64,000 nt of DNA from Rhodosorus marinus CCMP1338 (Eukaryota > Plantae > Rhodophyta): contig JAMWBK010000004.1 in the NCBI GenBank assembly GCA_029953675.1, forward strand, positions 992,001-1,056,000, written 5' to 3'. The position numbers were made by a program, and so were the translations under genes. This document shows, in pieces, positions 44,893 to 56,124 of the stretch (its first letter is position 1; each line of letters begins with the position of its first letter). Below the pieces are notes generated by a model. It was not told the origin of the DNA and made no database searches. It saw nothing but the letters and a program-made list of their open reading frames with translations.

Positions 44893-46578
44893 ATGGGAAG
44901 GATGAGATCTTTTGGGATATGGTTCGGGTTGTGGGTGGCCCTGATGGGTTTTGGAGAGTGCCAGGGCGAAAAACCGAACGTGATTGTGATTCTTGTTGAC
45001 GATCTGGGCTATGCTGACTTGGGAGTCCAAGGGAGCGATGTCGTCAAGTCTCCTCATATCGACAAACTCGCAAAGGATGGAGTCATCCTCACCGACGGAT
45101 ACGCTCCGCACAATTTTTGTGGGCCATCGCGGTCCGCTCTTTTCGCAGGGATTTGGCCGTTCAGAATTGGCGCCCAGTTCAATGCCCCCAAAGACTACTG
45201 GGACAACCTCGTTGGACTTCCACTAGGTTACAAAACAATACCTGAGACGATGCAGGAGGCTGGATACCAGACCTACTGCGTTGGAAAATGGCATTTGGGA
45301 TACACTCCCGAACATCACCCGAAGAACCGTGGCTACAACGGCTTCTTCGGGTTTCTCAAGGGCTCATGGAACTATAGACTATCCAAAATGTACGACGAGC
45401 AACTCGATGACTATGATTACATCTACAGAGGGTTCAAACGAGTTGGTGGCATCAAGTACATCACAGATAACTTCACGGACGCCGCTATAGGCTACATTGC
45501 TCGTTCGAATAGGCTTGGAAAGCCTTTCTTTCTGTACCTGTCGTACAACTCGCCGCATGCGCCGATCATTTCCTTGAAGGAGGATCTGGACCCAGAGGTC
45601 CCGGCGAATCGTCGAAACTACGTGGGAATGATTAAATCACTGGATCGAGGAGTCGAAAAAATTCGCTCCTACCTCGAGAAACTCGGCATAGCCGAGAACA
45701 CCGTCATCATGTTCTCCAGTGACAACGGCGGACATAAACACGGCGCAATAAACGAACCGCTGAGGGATATGAAGGGTTCCTACTATGAAGGCGGCCTAAG
45801 GGTGCCGTGGTTCATTACCTGGCCTGGTACTCTCCAACCCGGGCGGACATTCACCAAGTTGGCGACGCATATGGACATCTACCCGACTTTAGAGAACCTT
45901 GCACAAGTTCCTGAGGGGATGAAGAATCCTACCCTCGTCGGCGTTGATCTCCTGCCTTACCTCAGGAAGGTTGGTCAGAGTACGCCGGAGGCAAGCGGAG
46001 CGACTCATCCTTTCCTTTACTTTGGAGGCCCTGCCGCTTCAGGTAAAAGCGTTGGAATGATTCGTCAAGGCCGCTGGAAGCTTGTCATCATTAACGAGAA
46101 CGACAACTCCGAAAACGAGCTCTACGACCTAAGGGCGGATCTAAGCGAAACTACGGATTTGTCGGATGACAGGCCGGGGAAAGCCACGAGATTGTTCGAC
46201 ATCTGGACGGAATGGAACAGTGAGAATATTCTGCCGGTATATGGTAGATCCCGCGCTAAGAACCCGCTGCTGCTTGAGCTTTCCGTCGTGGCCGACGAAG
46301 TCGTGATAACACCGGGTGTGCCAATCTCCTTCGAGGCAGCGGGGTCGAGCGCTGATGGGGAAACCGTGACCTACTTTTGGGAGACTTTCATCCCTGTACG
46401 TGTAGATGAGGCGACCTACCGGGACGTATGGACCGATGGTGTCACCAGCACTTCGCGAACGGAGGACTCCATAAGCATCACTTATTCGAACCCGGGTGAT
46501 TACATCGTCCGCGTCACTATTCAGACCGAGCGATGGCAACTGTGGGAGGATGTCCAGATACAAGTCGTACCAGAATAA
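44893..46578 (+). CDS. Secreted formylglycine-dependent (family S1) sulfatase with a C-terminal PKD-like domain, 561 aa, intronless
   Basis: Signal peptide; PNVIVILVDDLG, CGPSR (CxPxR at 45118-45132), GKWHLG, PFFLYLSYNSPH, SDNG, KGSYYEGGLRVP, ELYDL..DLSE; tail ISFEAAGSS..TYFW..ITYSNPGDYIVRVT. Confidence 0.95.
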   Translation: MGRMRSFGIWFGLWVALMGFGECQGEKPNVIVILVDDLGYADLGVQGSDVVKSPHIDKLAKDGVILTDGYAPHNFCGPSRSALFAGIWPFRIGAQFNAPKDYWDNLVGLPLGYKTIPETMQEAGYQTYCVGKWHLGYTPEHHPKNRGYNGFFGFLKGSWNYRLSKMYDEQLDDYDYIYRGFKRVGGIKYITDNFTDAAIGYIARSNRLGKPFFLYLSYNSPHAPIISLKEDLDPEVPANRRNYVGMIKSLDRGVEKIRSYLEKLGIAENTVIMFSSDNGGHKHGAINEPLRDMKGSYYEGGLRVPWFITWPGTLQPGRTFTKLATHMDIYPTLENLAQVPEGMKNPTLVGVDLLPYLRKVGQSTPEASGATHPFLYFGGPAASGKSVGMIRQGRWKLVIINENDNSENELYDLRADLSETTDLSDDRPGKATRLFDIWTEWNSENILPVYGRSRAKNPLLLELSVVADEVVITPGVPISFEAAGSSADGETVTYFWETFIPVRVDEATYRDVWTDGVTSTSRTEDSISITYSNPGDYIVRVTIQTERWQLWEDVQIQVVPE

Positions 46579-46980
46579 AAGACTGCGACCAGCAGTTGCA
46601 CAATTGCTCTTGTAACACTCTCCCAATAGAGTACCAGGCCTGCATAAACATCCCCTATTCGAGCCCGGGAGATTACTTTGTCACCGTCACTATTTAGTCC
46701 GAGCGATGGCAACTGCGGGAGCATGTCCGGATACAAGTCGTACCAGAATAAACGGCTCCGACCAGGGCCTTGCGCTGTTGCTCTTATAACGCTCTCCACA
46801 CAGAGTACCAGGACTCCATAACATCACCTACTCGGCCTGGGAGACTACATCGTCCTCGTCACCACTCAGGCCGAGCGGCGACAGTGGGAGGATATCCGGA
46901 TACAATTTGTACCAGAATAAAAGGCTCCGATCAGTGCCTTGTGCAGCTGCTCAAAAAAAAAAACGCTCTCCACACAGAAT
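46465..46980 (+). repeat. Tandem triplication (about 170-bp unit) of the sulfatase 3' end and 3'UTR
   Basis: GTACCAGAATAA ends at 46578, 46751 and 46920; the copies are diverged. Confidence 0.85.
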
Positions 46981-47338
46981 GCCGGACAAGGTGATCTAGG
47001 CAGCAACAGACTTGGACGGCCACGCGGTTTTGGACGTTAGACCAATCCTGCAAGTCCCAAGTCGTCAACGTAGTCGACTATTGGCCAACAAGGAGTGGAC
47101 GAGAAGGAAAGGTGACTCCTCAACAGTCCGGCACTCGCAGAACCCAATGCCTGCCCTCCACACTGAGGATGTTCAAGAACCCCAGCCTTTGTTTTAATGC
47201 CATGAACGTACTAGAGCTGCGTACATGCTCCATAGCTCCGCTGAGTGCATAAAAAAAAGAGTAAGAATTCCGTCCGTGCCAACGCTCTTCCATCTTCTTC
47301 AGCGGGAGATGGGCTAGGCAACAACGAGTTGCTCAGTC

Positions 47339-48298
47339 TCACGCCTGAATAGCCCTGCGTAATTTTCAGTGAAAGGAAAAACGTATGAACAAGGTCGTCG
47401 GGAACGATCCAGGTTTTTCTTAGCCACTGATTCCAACACCAGTACTCACCATCCTGCATCTATGATCATTTCAGAACCAGTCACAAGGGAGCTCTCATCG
47501 CTAGCCAGGTAGGTTACCAGCGGAACTACTTCGTCGACCCTCCCAGCACGTTTTAGCAGATGCAAGTTTTCCATCTCCTCCGAGGGTATGAAATCGGTCA
47601 TGGCGGTCTTGATAACCCCCGGGCCAATGGCATTCACCCGAACATCTGGAGCTGCCTAGGCGTGGTGAGCGACGGTAAACAAAGCTATTAGCATCGCCGT
47701 AGAAAAGAGGGCCGGCTGTCGCAGAGGGAAGGTGGAGGAAGAGCGTAGGCTTGGATCTCACCTCGACGGCCGCATACTTCATGATCATAGATGCCGCAGC
47801 TTTGCTAGCAGCGTAAATTGCGGGGGCTGATCCCAAACCCGTGGTTACCGCTGAAGCCATGGTGCTTGAGTTTACGATGATGGACCCGGTGCCTCCTGAT
47901 GTTTCTTTCATCGCGGGTAGGCAGTGCTTGATGCCGAGAATGACGGATTTGACATTGACGTTGAGAACCGTGTCGATCATATCCACGTCCAACTCGGTGA
48001 TGGGTGCCTTTCCGTAATAGCCGGCATTCAAGAAAGCGGCATGTAATGCACCAAACGTCGACAGGGCCTTCTCAACCATGCCTTTAGCAGTGCTCTCCAA
48101 GCCCACGTCTCCAACATAGGAAGTAGCCTCACCACCGGCCTCATTGATCTGTTTCACCAACGCATCGAGCTTATCGGCAGATCGTGCGACAACTACTACC
48201 TTTGCGCCTGCCGTCGCGGCTCCGAGAGCCACACCTTCGCCAATCCCGGCCGACGCTCCGGTCACGATCACCACCTTACCAGTTAACGAGGCCGGCAT
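47339..48298 (-). CDS. Classical SDR oxidoreductase, 3 exons, 252 aa: join(47762-48298, 47450-47655, 47339-47354)
   Basis: TGASAGIG, NAG, NSS, YAASK, VRVNAIGPG, TGSEMIIDAGW-AIQA*. Introns GTGAG..CTAG (106 bp, GCTAAT branch point) and GTGAGT..GCAG (95 bp); spliced length 759 nt. Confidence 0.9.
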
Positions 48299-49467
48299 GA
48301 TAATCAACTCTCCTATTAACCAACGTTTGAGGGATGAAACGTATCCAAGTTGCATGCAAGCAAACCATAATGGTCTGGAAATGTGGCACAGTTTAAAGTC
48401 AGCCTTTTATAGACCCGATGTGCGGATGCCCCCTCTCGGATCTCGAACAGAAGTCACTGTGCAACTAGCTTCAGTCCATCAAAACGCGGTGCATTTTTAT
48501 TTCCACTGTTCTTTTCGCAAATAACGTGTTTTTGTACTGTTTTTGTCTGCGGTTCGTACAACCGCCGACTAGAGGGGATGCATTGCTGTCAACTGCAAAC
48601 CATTGCTTTCCCGAGATTTTTCCTGTCTGATGAACACACTTGCTGTGTACTTACCAGCAAACTCACATTTCTCTAGTGGGTTCAGCCGGGGTATCGAACG
48701 GAATGATCTGGAAGGAAAGGGATTCACTACAAGGAATACTTCTTCAGCTGCATATCTCAGTTTATCCAGAGTACGCGAGGGAAGAGGAAGCCAGACTGTC
48801 ACCTCCGGCATTGTCAAATCTTGATAGAGACTACACGTCCGGCTTCCGAAAGGATCTAGAACGTATATGCGGTGGATGTGATGTTCTTATCCACATGAAA
48901 AGGAGCAGGAGGTCTAAATAGTTTTCAGGTCACCATCCCGCGAGCGTTCTCACTTCAAGTACAATACAGAACAGGTTCGAACACGAAAAAGATTACTTTT
49001 TGAAGTTTACTTTTCGAAGTTGGTGAGAAATTTGGAGTGGAAAGAGCAAAATTTTGGAGGCGATCTTTCGGATGTCCTAGATAAGCCTAAAACTTGGTAG
49101 ACAATTGGTATGTGTGGGTGCTGACGGGGTCCCTCCTCAGGCTCAGTTTTCTAATTCAGATTTAAATTCTGCTTTGCTCAACAGGTTTTCGAACTCGCCA
49201 CTTGCAGTACAGTTTTCAATATTAATACAGCATAACTTTAGGACACATTCGAAATATTGTCTCTAAATTTCATCTTATCCACTCAAAATTTGGGTTTCTC
49301 ACCCCACCGAAAGTTTGACAGTAATGTTCATATTCTAAATTTGGATAAGGCAAAACGCAAAAAATCAGAAACTTCTAGATTTCTAAGGGACGGTTTAGCC
49401 GTCCGTCCTCCTAGATAGATCCGACCAAAAATAAATCGATTTGGATTTAAAGTAAAAGTACGATGGA

Positions 49468-49921
49468 ATTTGACGGTATTATACGGTTACTGTCGAATGC
49501 CCCTTTAGTACGTGAATGTTTTGCATCCAAAAGCGTTTCTGGTATAAGTCCAGTCCCAGGACAACACATGGGTCAATCCACGGCGGGAGTAACATATGAT
49601 GTTTCCGATATTAACCAAGCTTTAGGCAGATGGGGAACTGAGGTAGTAGCATTGTTGGACAGAGTCCGCTACTAACACATAGGACTTGTAAGCAATAGAA
49701 GTGATTCGTAGTTTGTCAGCTACTAGAGCAATATGGATCAAGCCTGGGTAGGATTAAGGTTTTTGGACGCGTGCATCTGCACATACGTTTCCCTAAGCCC
49801 AAGATCTCAGAGGCTGTAGGAGTATATGTGTTGCTTCAAGAAGTCGGCAAAGTGCGTATGGTACCATTAGATGGGTGGATGGCAGATAAAAACGAGACTC
49901 ATAGGGCTTGAATTTCCAACA
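49468..49921 (+). repeat. Copia family 2 5' LTR (5' boundary approximate)
   Basis: Aligns with 51901-52358 with many substitutions; ends CCAACA, followed by the PBS. Confidence 0.75.
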
Positions 49922-51900
49922 GGTTATGAGCGCAGACACGGCCGAGGCCGATTCGAAGCGGGAAGGAGGCCAGTTAGCGATTGACGAGCTGTCGTCAATT
50001 GATGCGCATAAACAGCTCGTCATCAATTGCCCTTTGCCACAATTCGCCGTCCGGTCTTGTTAGAGCCTCTTTCACATTCCTCGGTTCATCCAGAACATTA
50101 TCACCTGCTAACTTGATACTATTCAAGACATCCATGTTGGCCTCCTTCTGCTTCGAATCGGCCTCGGCCGTGTCTGCGCTCATAACCTGTCGGGAATTCA
50201 AGCCCTATGAGACCTGCAAGTTTAGTATTATCCTAGGAATGTGAAAGAGGCGCTAACAAGACCGGACGGCGAATTGTAGCAAAGGGCGATTGATGACGAG
50301 CTGTCGTCAATTGATGAGCATAAACAGCTCATCATCAATCGCCCTTTGCCACAATTCGTCCGGTCTTGTTAGAGCCTCTTTCACATTCCTAGGTTCATCC
50401 AGAACATTATCACCTGCCAGCTTAATATTATTCAAGAAATCCACATTGGCCTTCTTCCTGCTTCGAATCGGCCTCGGCACCTTTTTGGGGGGTGCCGTTT
50501 CGTTGACTGGTACATCAGTGCCATCAACTAAAACAGCATCGGAGCAAGAGGGGGAAGCAGTCGTCGGGGCACAACGGCCAAAAAAAGTTTAATGCTAGTG
50601 GGGGCAGGGAGAAACCCACACTCCTAGCCATTGGAGGCTCCAGTGGTAAGAATGACCTAGTAGTTGACAGTGGGGCATCCACACACATATTCGGGAACCG
50701 TGAGTTCTTCGATAACCTGGATCCGGTGACGGAATCCAAGGTCGGGTTGGCGGATAGGCGTGAAATCTCATGCACCCACGAGGCAACCGTATCGTTCCAG
50801 GTAAAAACGGATGTGGGAGTTCGGAAGTTGGGCTTGTCAAGGGTCAAATATTCTTCGGAACAGACGGGCAACTGTGTGTCCGTGGTACAACGGACGGAGA
50901 GGGGGTGCCGGGTCGCTTTCGATCCGAAAGGCGGACGCGTTGATGACAAGACCGGTGGAATGCTCGCGAGGATGGTAAATAGCAAACAGGGTTATATCCT
51001 AGATAGTTATATGACGCTAAAAGAACGTGTTTGCCATTATCTATTGGATGCTCATTTTCGCACTGACCACATGAAAGACCAAACGGCCGGAAGGATGTTA
51101 GATGCGGGCGCGAAACGTCTCATTTGTCTGAGGACAACGATGAAAAGAAAGCGGCGCAAGGGCAGGTTGATGCATGCGCTGGAGGTTGCAGATATAATAC
51201 ACAGTGATGCCTATGGGGCCTTACCGCGATCAGACGCAGGAAACTTCTCTCAATTCGTGACTTTCACTGATGAGAAATCGAGGTAGCTGAGAATCTTTCC
51301 AGTCGTGAAGAAGAGCGACGTTGAGGTTACTTTCATAGATTATTGCGAATGGTTCCAGAGGAAGACTGGTCGTCTTGCGATGGTTGTACATTGTGATAAC
51401 GGTGGGGAGTTCGAGAAGTTGTAACAATTGTTGAGAAAAAAGGGGGTAGAATGGGATCCAGCGCCACCTCATTCGCCAGAAAGCAATGGTATTGCGGGAC
51501 GGGTAAAATTCGACAGTACTAGAGTTAATGAGGTCAATGTTGTGCGACGCTGGAGCGTCGTTGGCAAGTTGGCCAAACATTGTCCAGCTTGTGGAGAGGA
51601 TTACAAACTCACGAACCCGGAAAGCACAGAGCGCAAGTCCTGTAGAGATTCCGACCCTATAAACGGACAGTACTGCGTGAGATAAGCGTACACCTCAGCA
51701 TGTGGATATAAGTCTCTAATATGCGCAGGAACAGGAAAAATTGAATAAGTTTGAGTTGAAGCATGTGGCAACGGAGAGTCAGACAGCGGAAATGTTGACG
51801 AAATCTGAGAGCAGTGTGCTATTCGAGAAACACAGAGATTCGATGGGACTGTAGAGCAGAGACTGCAAAGTGGAACTGACAGGGATCATTCGAAGGGGGG

Positions 51901-52358
51901 TGTTAACAGATTACATATATCCGGTTATTGTCGAATGCTCCCCTGGTGCGAATGTTTTGCACCCAGAAGCGTTTCTGGTATAGGTCCAGTTCCAGGACAA
52001 CCCATGGGTGAATCCACGGCGCGAATAACCTACGATGTTTCCGATATTGACGAACCTTGCAGAGGTCGAAATGAGGTTGTAGCATTGTTGGACAGACTCT
52101 GCTACTAAAACAGAGGACTTATCAGCACTAGATGTGATTCGTAGTTTGTCAGCTACTTGAGCATAAGGATCAAGACCGGGCAGGATTAGGGTTTTTGTAC
52201 GCTTGCATCTGCATGAACGTTTTCCCCAAGTCCCGAGATCTCAGAGGCTTTAGGAGTATATATATGTTTCTTCAAGAAGTCGGCAAAGTGCGTTTGGTAC
52301 TGTTAGCTGGGTTTGGGAGAGATAAAAAGTGAACTCATAGGTCTTGAATTTCACAACA
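51901..52358 (+). repeat. Copia family 2 3' LTR (458 bp, TGTT...AACA)
   Basis: Immediately follows the PPT; terminal TGTT/AACA. Confidence 0.85.
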
Positions 52359-53281
52359 AAAAAACGTTGGAGCCAAAAAAAAACCGTTGGGGCCAAAAAA
52401 AAAATCCCGTTGGGAGGGAAAAGAAACCGTTGGATGTTCTTCTCGCTCTAGAGATTGTGAGAAATTTAAACGACCAGGAAGGTTGCAAACTTCTCGTTGG
52501 GAAGAAAACATCGGGTGCATGTTTTTCTTGTTACTTTCTATATGTATGGTGCTTGTCTACTGCATAGTCCCCTCTATATGGCTAAGCACTTGGCTGGGGA
52601 GTTGATATGTGCCTCAATGGTTGGAACGTGGACTATTGTCCAACAATTATGCTTAAGCTCGATATCCATATGTCCAATGGGATGTTGGTCTCCCATACGG
52701 CAAACACCTGATTCCTTCTTAACAACGAGCTCCAGCTGTCCGCGGAGCCGATATTCGTGAATCTATTTTCAGTTGTGTTTCTACTATAGCCGAAGAGCTT
52801 AAGTTTGTCCACGCCCGTTAGCTCAGATATTTGCATGACAAACTTTGGTTCTAACGGGCCCTTTTTGGAAGAGGGTGCTAATTCACATCCTTTTCGAGTC
52901 GAATTGTGCAGGGTGCACATGAATTGTGGAAACATCGATCGCCCCGGAGGCGATTTGGAAAGGGAAAACCAACTTACTGAGCGCTGGAGCTGATCGTGCG
53001 CCAAGAATGCCACGAAGACTGGAGCCATTTCCATACACATCCGGAAATGTGGATTTGGTGGGGGGAAAAGCTGTGCAAAGACTGTGCTTTCTCGGAGAAA
53101 TGGAGAGGCTAGCTGACCACGATGACATGTTTCAACGCGAGTTGATCTGGTAATATAAAGGAAACACTATGCTAATAAAGCCAGTCTATAGGGTGGGGGG
53201 AGGGGGTGGGGGAGATTGAGAAGGTGGTGGACGACTTGGACGATAGAAGAGGAACGGAACTCGTCGATGAAAAAAAAAAAT

Positions 53282-55130
53282 ATGGGACCCTGCGCACTCG
53301 TTCTGTTAACTTTCGCGTTGCTTCATGCTGCTGCTCGATCTCAGAATTGTTTGGAAGACCCAAAGTCCGGAGCGTTTGAGTTCTCAGCGTTCTGTAGGCC
53401 TCTGGTCGACAGGACCGGGGTCCGTTTGGGTGAAGTGTGTGCGGACACTCTGATAAACAAGAAAGATATTCCAGGAGGGGATTTTTTGCGGAGCTGCATC
53501 AGGCTCCAGTTCAGGACTGATGAGGGATTCCAGTTGAACCTGCTCAGAGGAGGAGCGCATTTTGACGAGCCTCCCACAGCACAGGCACGATTTACCTCCC
53601 GCAGAAACATCGATGGTTGGAAGGAGAACAATGGGATTACGGACGCAGTTACCTCAGGTAGGCTTCTGGTTTGTCCCGAGGAAATGTCGGGAAAGTCAGA
53701 ATGCTGTGGAGAAACCATCGGGGTTGTCGCGTACGCGGTAGTCACCCCCGTAGACAATCCTGAGGCACCACGAATTCGAGCTTTTCTGAGCCCCGAGAAT
53801 GATGACTTTCTATGCACGACGCGGGACAGCGACGACACCACGTCCTGCGACGTTTCGATTTCATGTCCGTCATGCGAAGTGGATGAATGTCGACAGACAG
53901 GAGGGGCATGTGTAGCAACTGACGCTTTCCCTTGCCGTGTTGGCTCTTCAGTAAGTTCCCATAAAAGTCCTGCTAGTGTAAATCGGTTTGTATAAGCTCG
54001 TGATCACAGTCTGCGCCGTTAACCCGGGTTCTTCTGTACTGGAGATGATCCCAACGGTGGTTTTCTTCTATAGAAGGCAACGCGTGCATGGTGACTGTTT
54101 CCGGTTGCTTGTCGAACAGCGATATCGCATGTGTTGGCGACCATAGTCGTGGTCTAACAGCTGACCCTTTCTCCCCAAATGTCTTCCTCTAGGCATCGTA
54201 CAAGCAGGAAGATGAATTTTGCGGGTGTTGTGGAGGCGAAGACTCGTGCTTCGAAGGGAATAAGTGCGTTCCGAATACCGGCTCTACTCTCTGTGCTTAT
54301 CCGCAGGTAGGCATTGCTCGACTATTTTCATTGGTTACTCGCATTCGAGATAATTTCTGTAGAGTTTGGGACCCCGTTCAGGGCGCACTTCACCATCAAG
54401 TTCCGTGACTTGCTCGCTCCTATTTAACGCCCGTCATCGAACCAATCCGACTGTCCGAAATTAGGCTCAAATTGGCTTTCCGCCGGATTATCTGTGTAAG
54501 TGCAGCTGCGTCGATGATAACACTTGCACGGACCCAGCCACAGGCAACTGCATCCCCGTGGCGGACTTTGTTTGCATTATTGACCAATGGGTGAGGAGGG
54601 CACTTCAAGTTGTGCCGATAAAGAGCAAAACCACAGCGAAGACAAACTGTGTCAACGGCGAGTGCAGCATAGTGGAAAGCTAAATAGTTTCTGGTGACTT
54701 TGCTCTATCCGAATTCTCCACACACAGTCTCCCCTCAGAGCAGAGGACGGGACTTGCACATGTGATGGGCTTAGGTGCCCGGAAGGGGAGTGCCTTCGCC
54801 AAGAATCAGCTCCTCCAGGCTCGTGCACGACGACCGGAGTCACTTGCGATAGTGCCGTAAGGAATGAGCAGGAAATTCTCTCCCCTGGTGGTTAAGCGAG
54901 CTCTAACGAGTGTGTACCTGCTTCTAACCGTGATCTATGCTTACATAGGGAATCCTTTCTCGAGCGTTCGACGGTCAGCGGTGCATTTGCTGCAATGACT
55001 TTGATACAGAGGTGGTTTGCATTCGCAAAACGGATAACATATGCATCCTGGTTAGCGACTTTCCTTGCCCTGATGGGGTAAGTTGACAGACGTCTTCAGA
55101 CCTGCAAGCTAGCACTTGGCGGCAATCACC
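53282..55130 (+). CDS. Multi-exon secreted Cys-rich protein; exon structure after 53950 uncertain
   Basis: Signal peptide MGPCALVLLTFALLHAAARS; GTAAG donors at about 53951, 54885 and 55077; recurring modules CRQTGGACVATDAFPC, CTDPATGNCIPVADFVC, CIRKTDNICILVSDFPC; further Cys-rich exons (EFCGCCGGEDSCFEGNKC, GTCTCDGLRCPEGEC). Confidence 0.65.
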
Positions 55131-55155
55131 CACGCAGGGTTTCCAACGGCATGCG

Positions 55156-55365
55156 CATGCCGGCAAGCGCTTTCTTTTAGCTCCTGTTGACCTGGACCTT
55201 GGTGTCTCTGCGCTCCCTTTTGTGTACAGGAGATTCCAGCGTCATTTTCCAACAAACTTTGCACTTGTGTCCCGCAGATCGCATGCCGGCAAACGCTTTC
55301 TTCTGTCGCCTGTTGACCTGGACCTTGGTGTCTCTGCGCTCACTTTTGTGTACGGGAGATTTCAC
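55156..55365. repeat. 126-bp tandem duplication followed by a family B tail (55360-55405)
   Basis: CATGCCGGCAA..CCTGTTGACCTGGACCTTGGTGTCTCTGCGCTC starts at 55156 and 55282. Confidence 0.8.
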
Positions 55366-55744
55366 ACCCTGCGTAGCGCGTCACGCTCTACTAGTAAATC
55401 CAATCCATCCGAACTCTTCATACAGCAACCGAAAACCGGAGTGCCTTTCGGCGATATAGCATCTCCTCGGTCCAGCTTTTCTTGTGGATAGTTGCTCTAC
55501 ACTCGATAGTCGAGGTAAAAAAAGGGGGTACTTCTGATTTCCTCAGCTGCTCTTTCCCGTGACCGCGCTGAATAGTTCCCCTCCTCCGCCCACAGGATCG
55601 GGGTTAAGCCTAAATACAGAATATTTCAAGTTATACTACACGCATAACAATTGACCAGAATTCGATTTGCTATGCGAAGGCGAAGCACGTACGGATTGGC
55701 CATTGCTTTGTTAGTTTTAAATATGTTTAGGAACGATGGTTGAT

Positions 55745-56035
55745 GCACTAGTTTTAATCGGAGGCTGCAAGAAAGGACCTCGAGAGGAAAAAGGAGAATA
55801 TGCGCGGCGAAGATAGCGCGCCTCCAACATCAAAGCAGCGTTCCTACGCCACAGCAATAAACTTAAACTGGTAATCAACGAGGACAGACAGTCCGAGTGT
55901 TCGCGGAACAATTCCCGAAGACAACAAGAACCAACGGAATCCATAGAACCCAAAGCATTCAATGACCAGAGGTACCAGGCGAAGAGGAAGAGCCGAAGCA
56001 CGAATGCTAGGGAAGACAAGGCCCCGGAATATTTC
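55745..56035 (-). mobile_element. Family A 3' fragment
   Basis: SMDSVGSCCLRELFREHSDCL..LLLWRRNAALMLEARYLRRA; CCTCCGATTAAAAC. Confidence 0.8.
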
Positions 56036-56124
56036 ACCTATTGGGATTGTAGAAACAAAGTGTTTTGTATGTGAAGGTGTATGGATCCTGACTTGTCTGC
56101 CATAAATACGATCGCCTCCTATGT

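Larger units (their letters stand above)
49468..52358 (+). mobile_element. Ty1/copia family 2 element, degraded and internally rearranged
   Basis: PBS GGTTATGAGC at 49922; PR VVDSGASTH; IN IHSDAYG, HCDNGGEF, PHSPESNG; RH end QHVDI..EMLTKS; PPT GAAGGGGGG at 51892-51900. Confidence 0.88.

Noticed and set aside
44893-46578. Whole window as bacterial contamination because of the sulfatase and RTX genes
   Set aside because: Spliceosomal introns, copia/gypsy elements and non-LTR elements flank these genes on both sides.
52560-53150. EGF-like fragment (CLNGWNVDYC) and nearby ORFs
   Set aside because: A single short motif with stops downstream; insufficient support.
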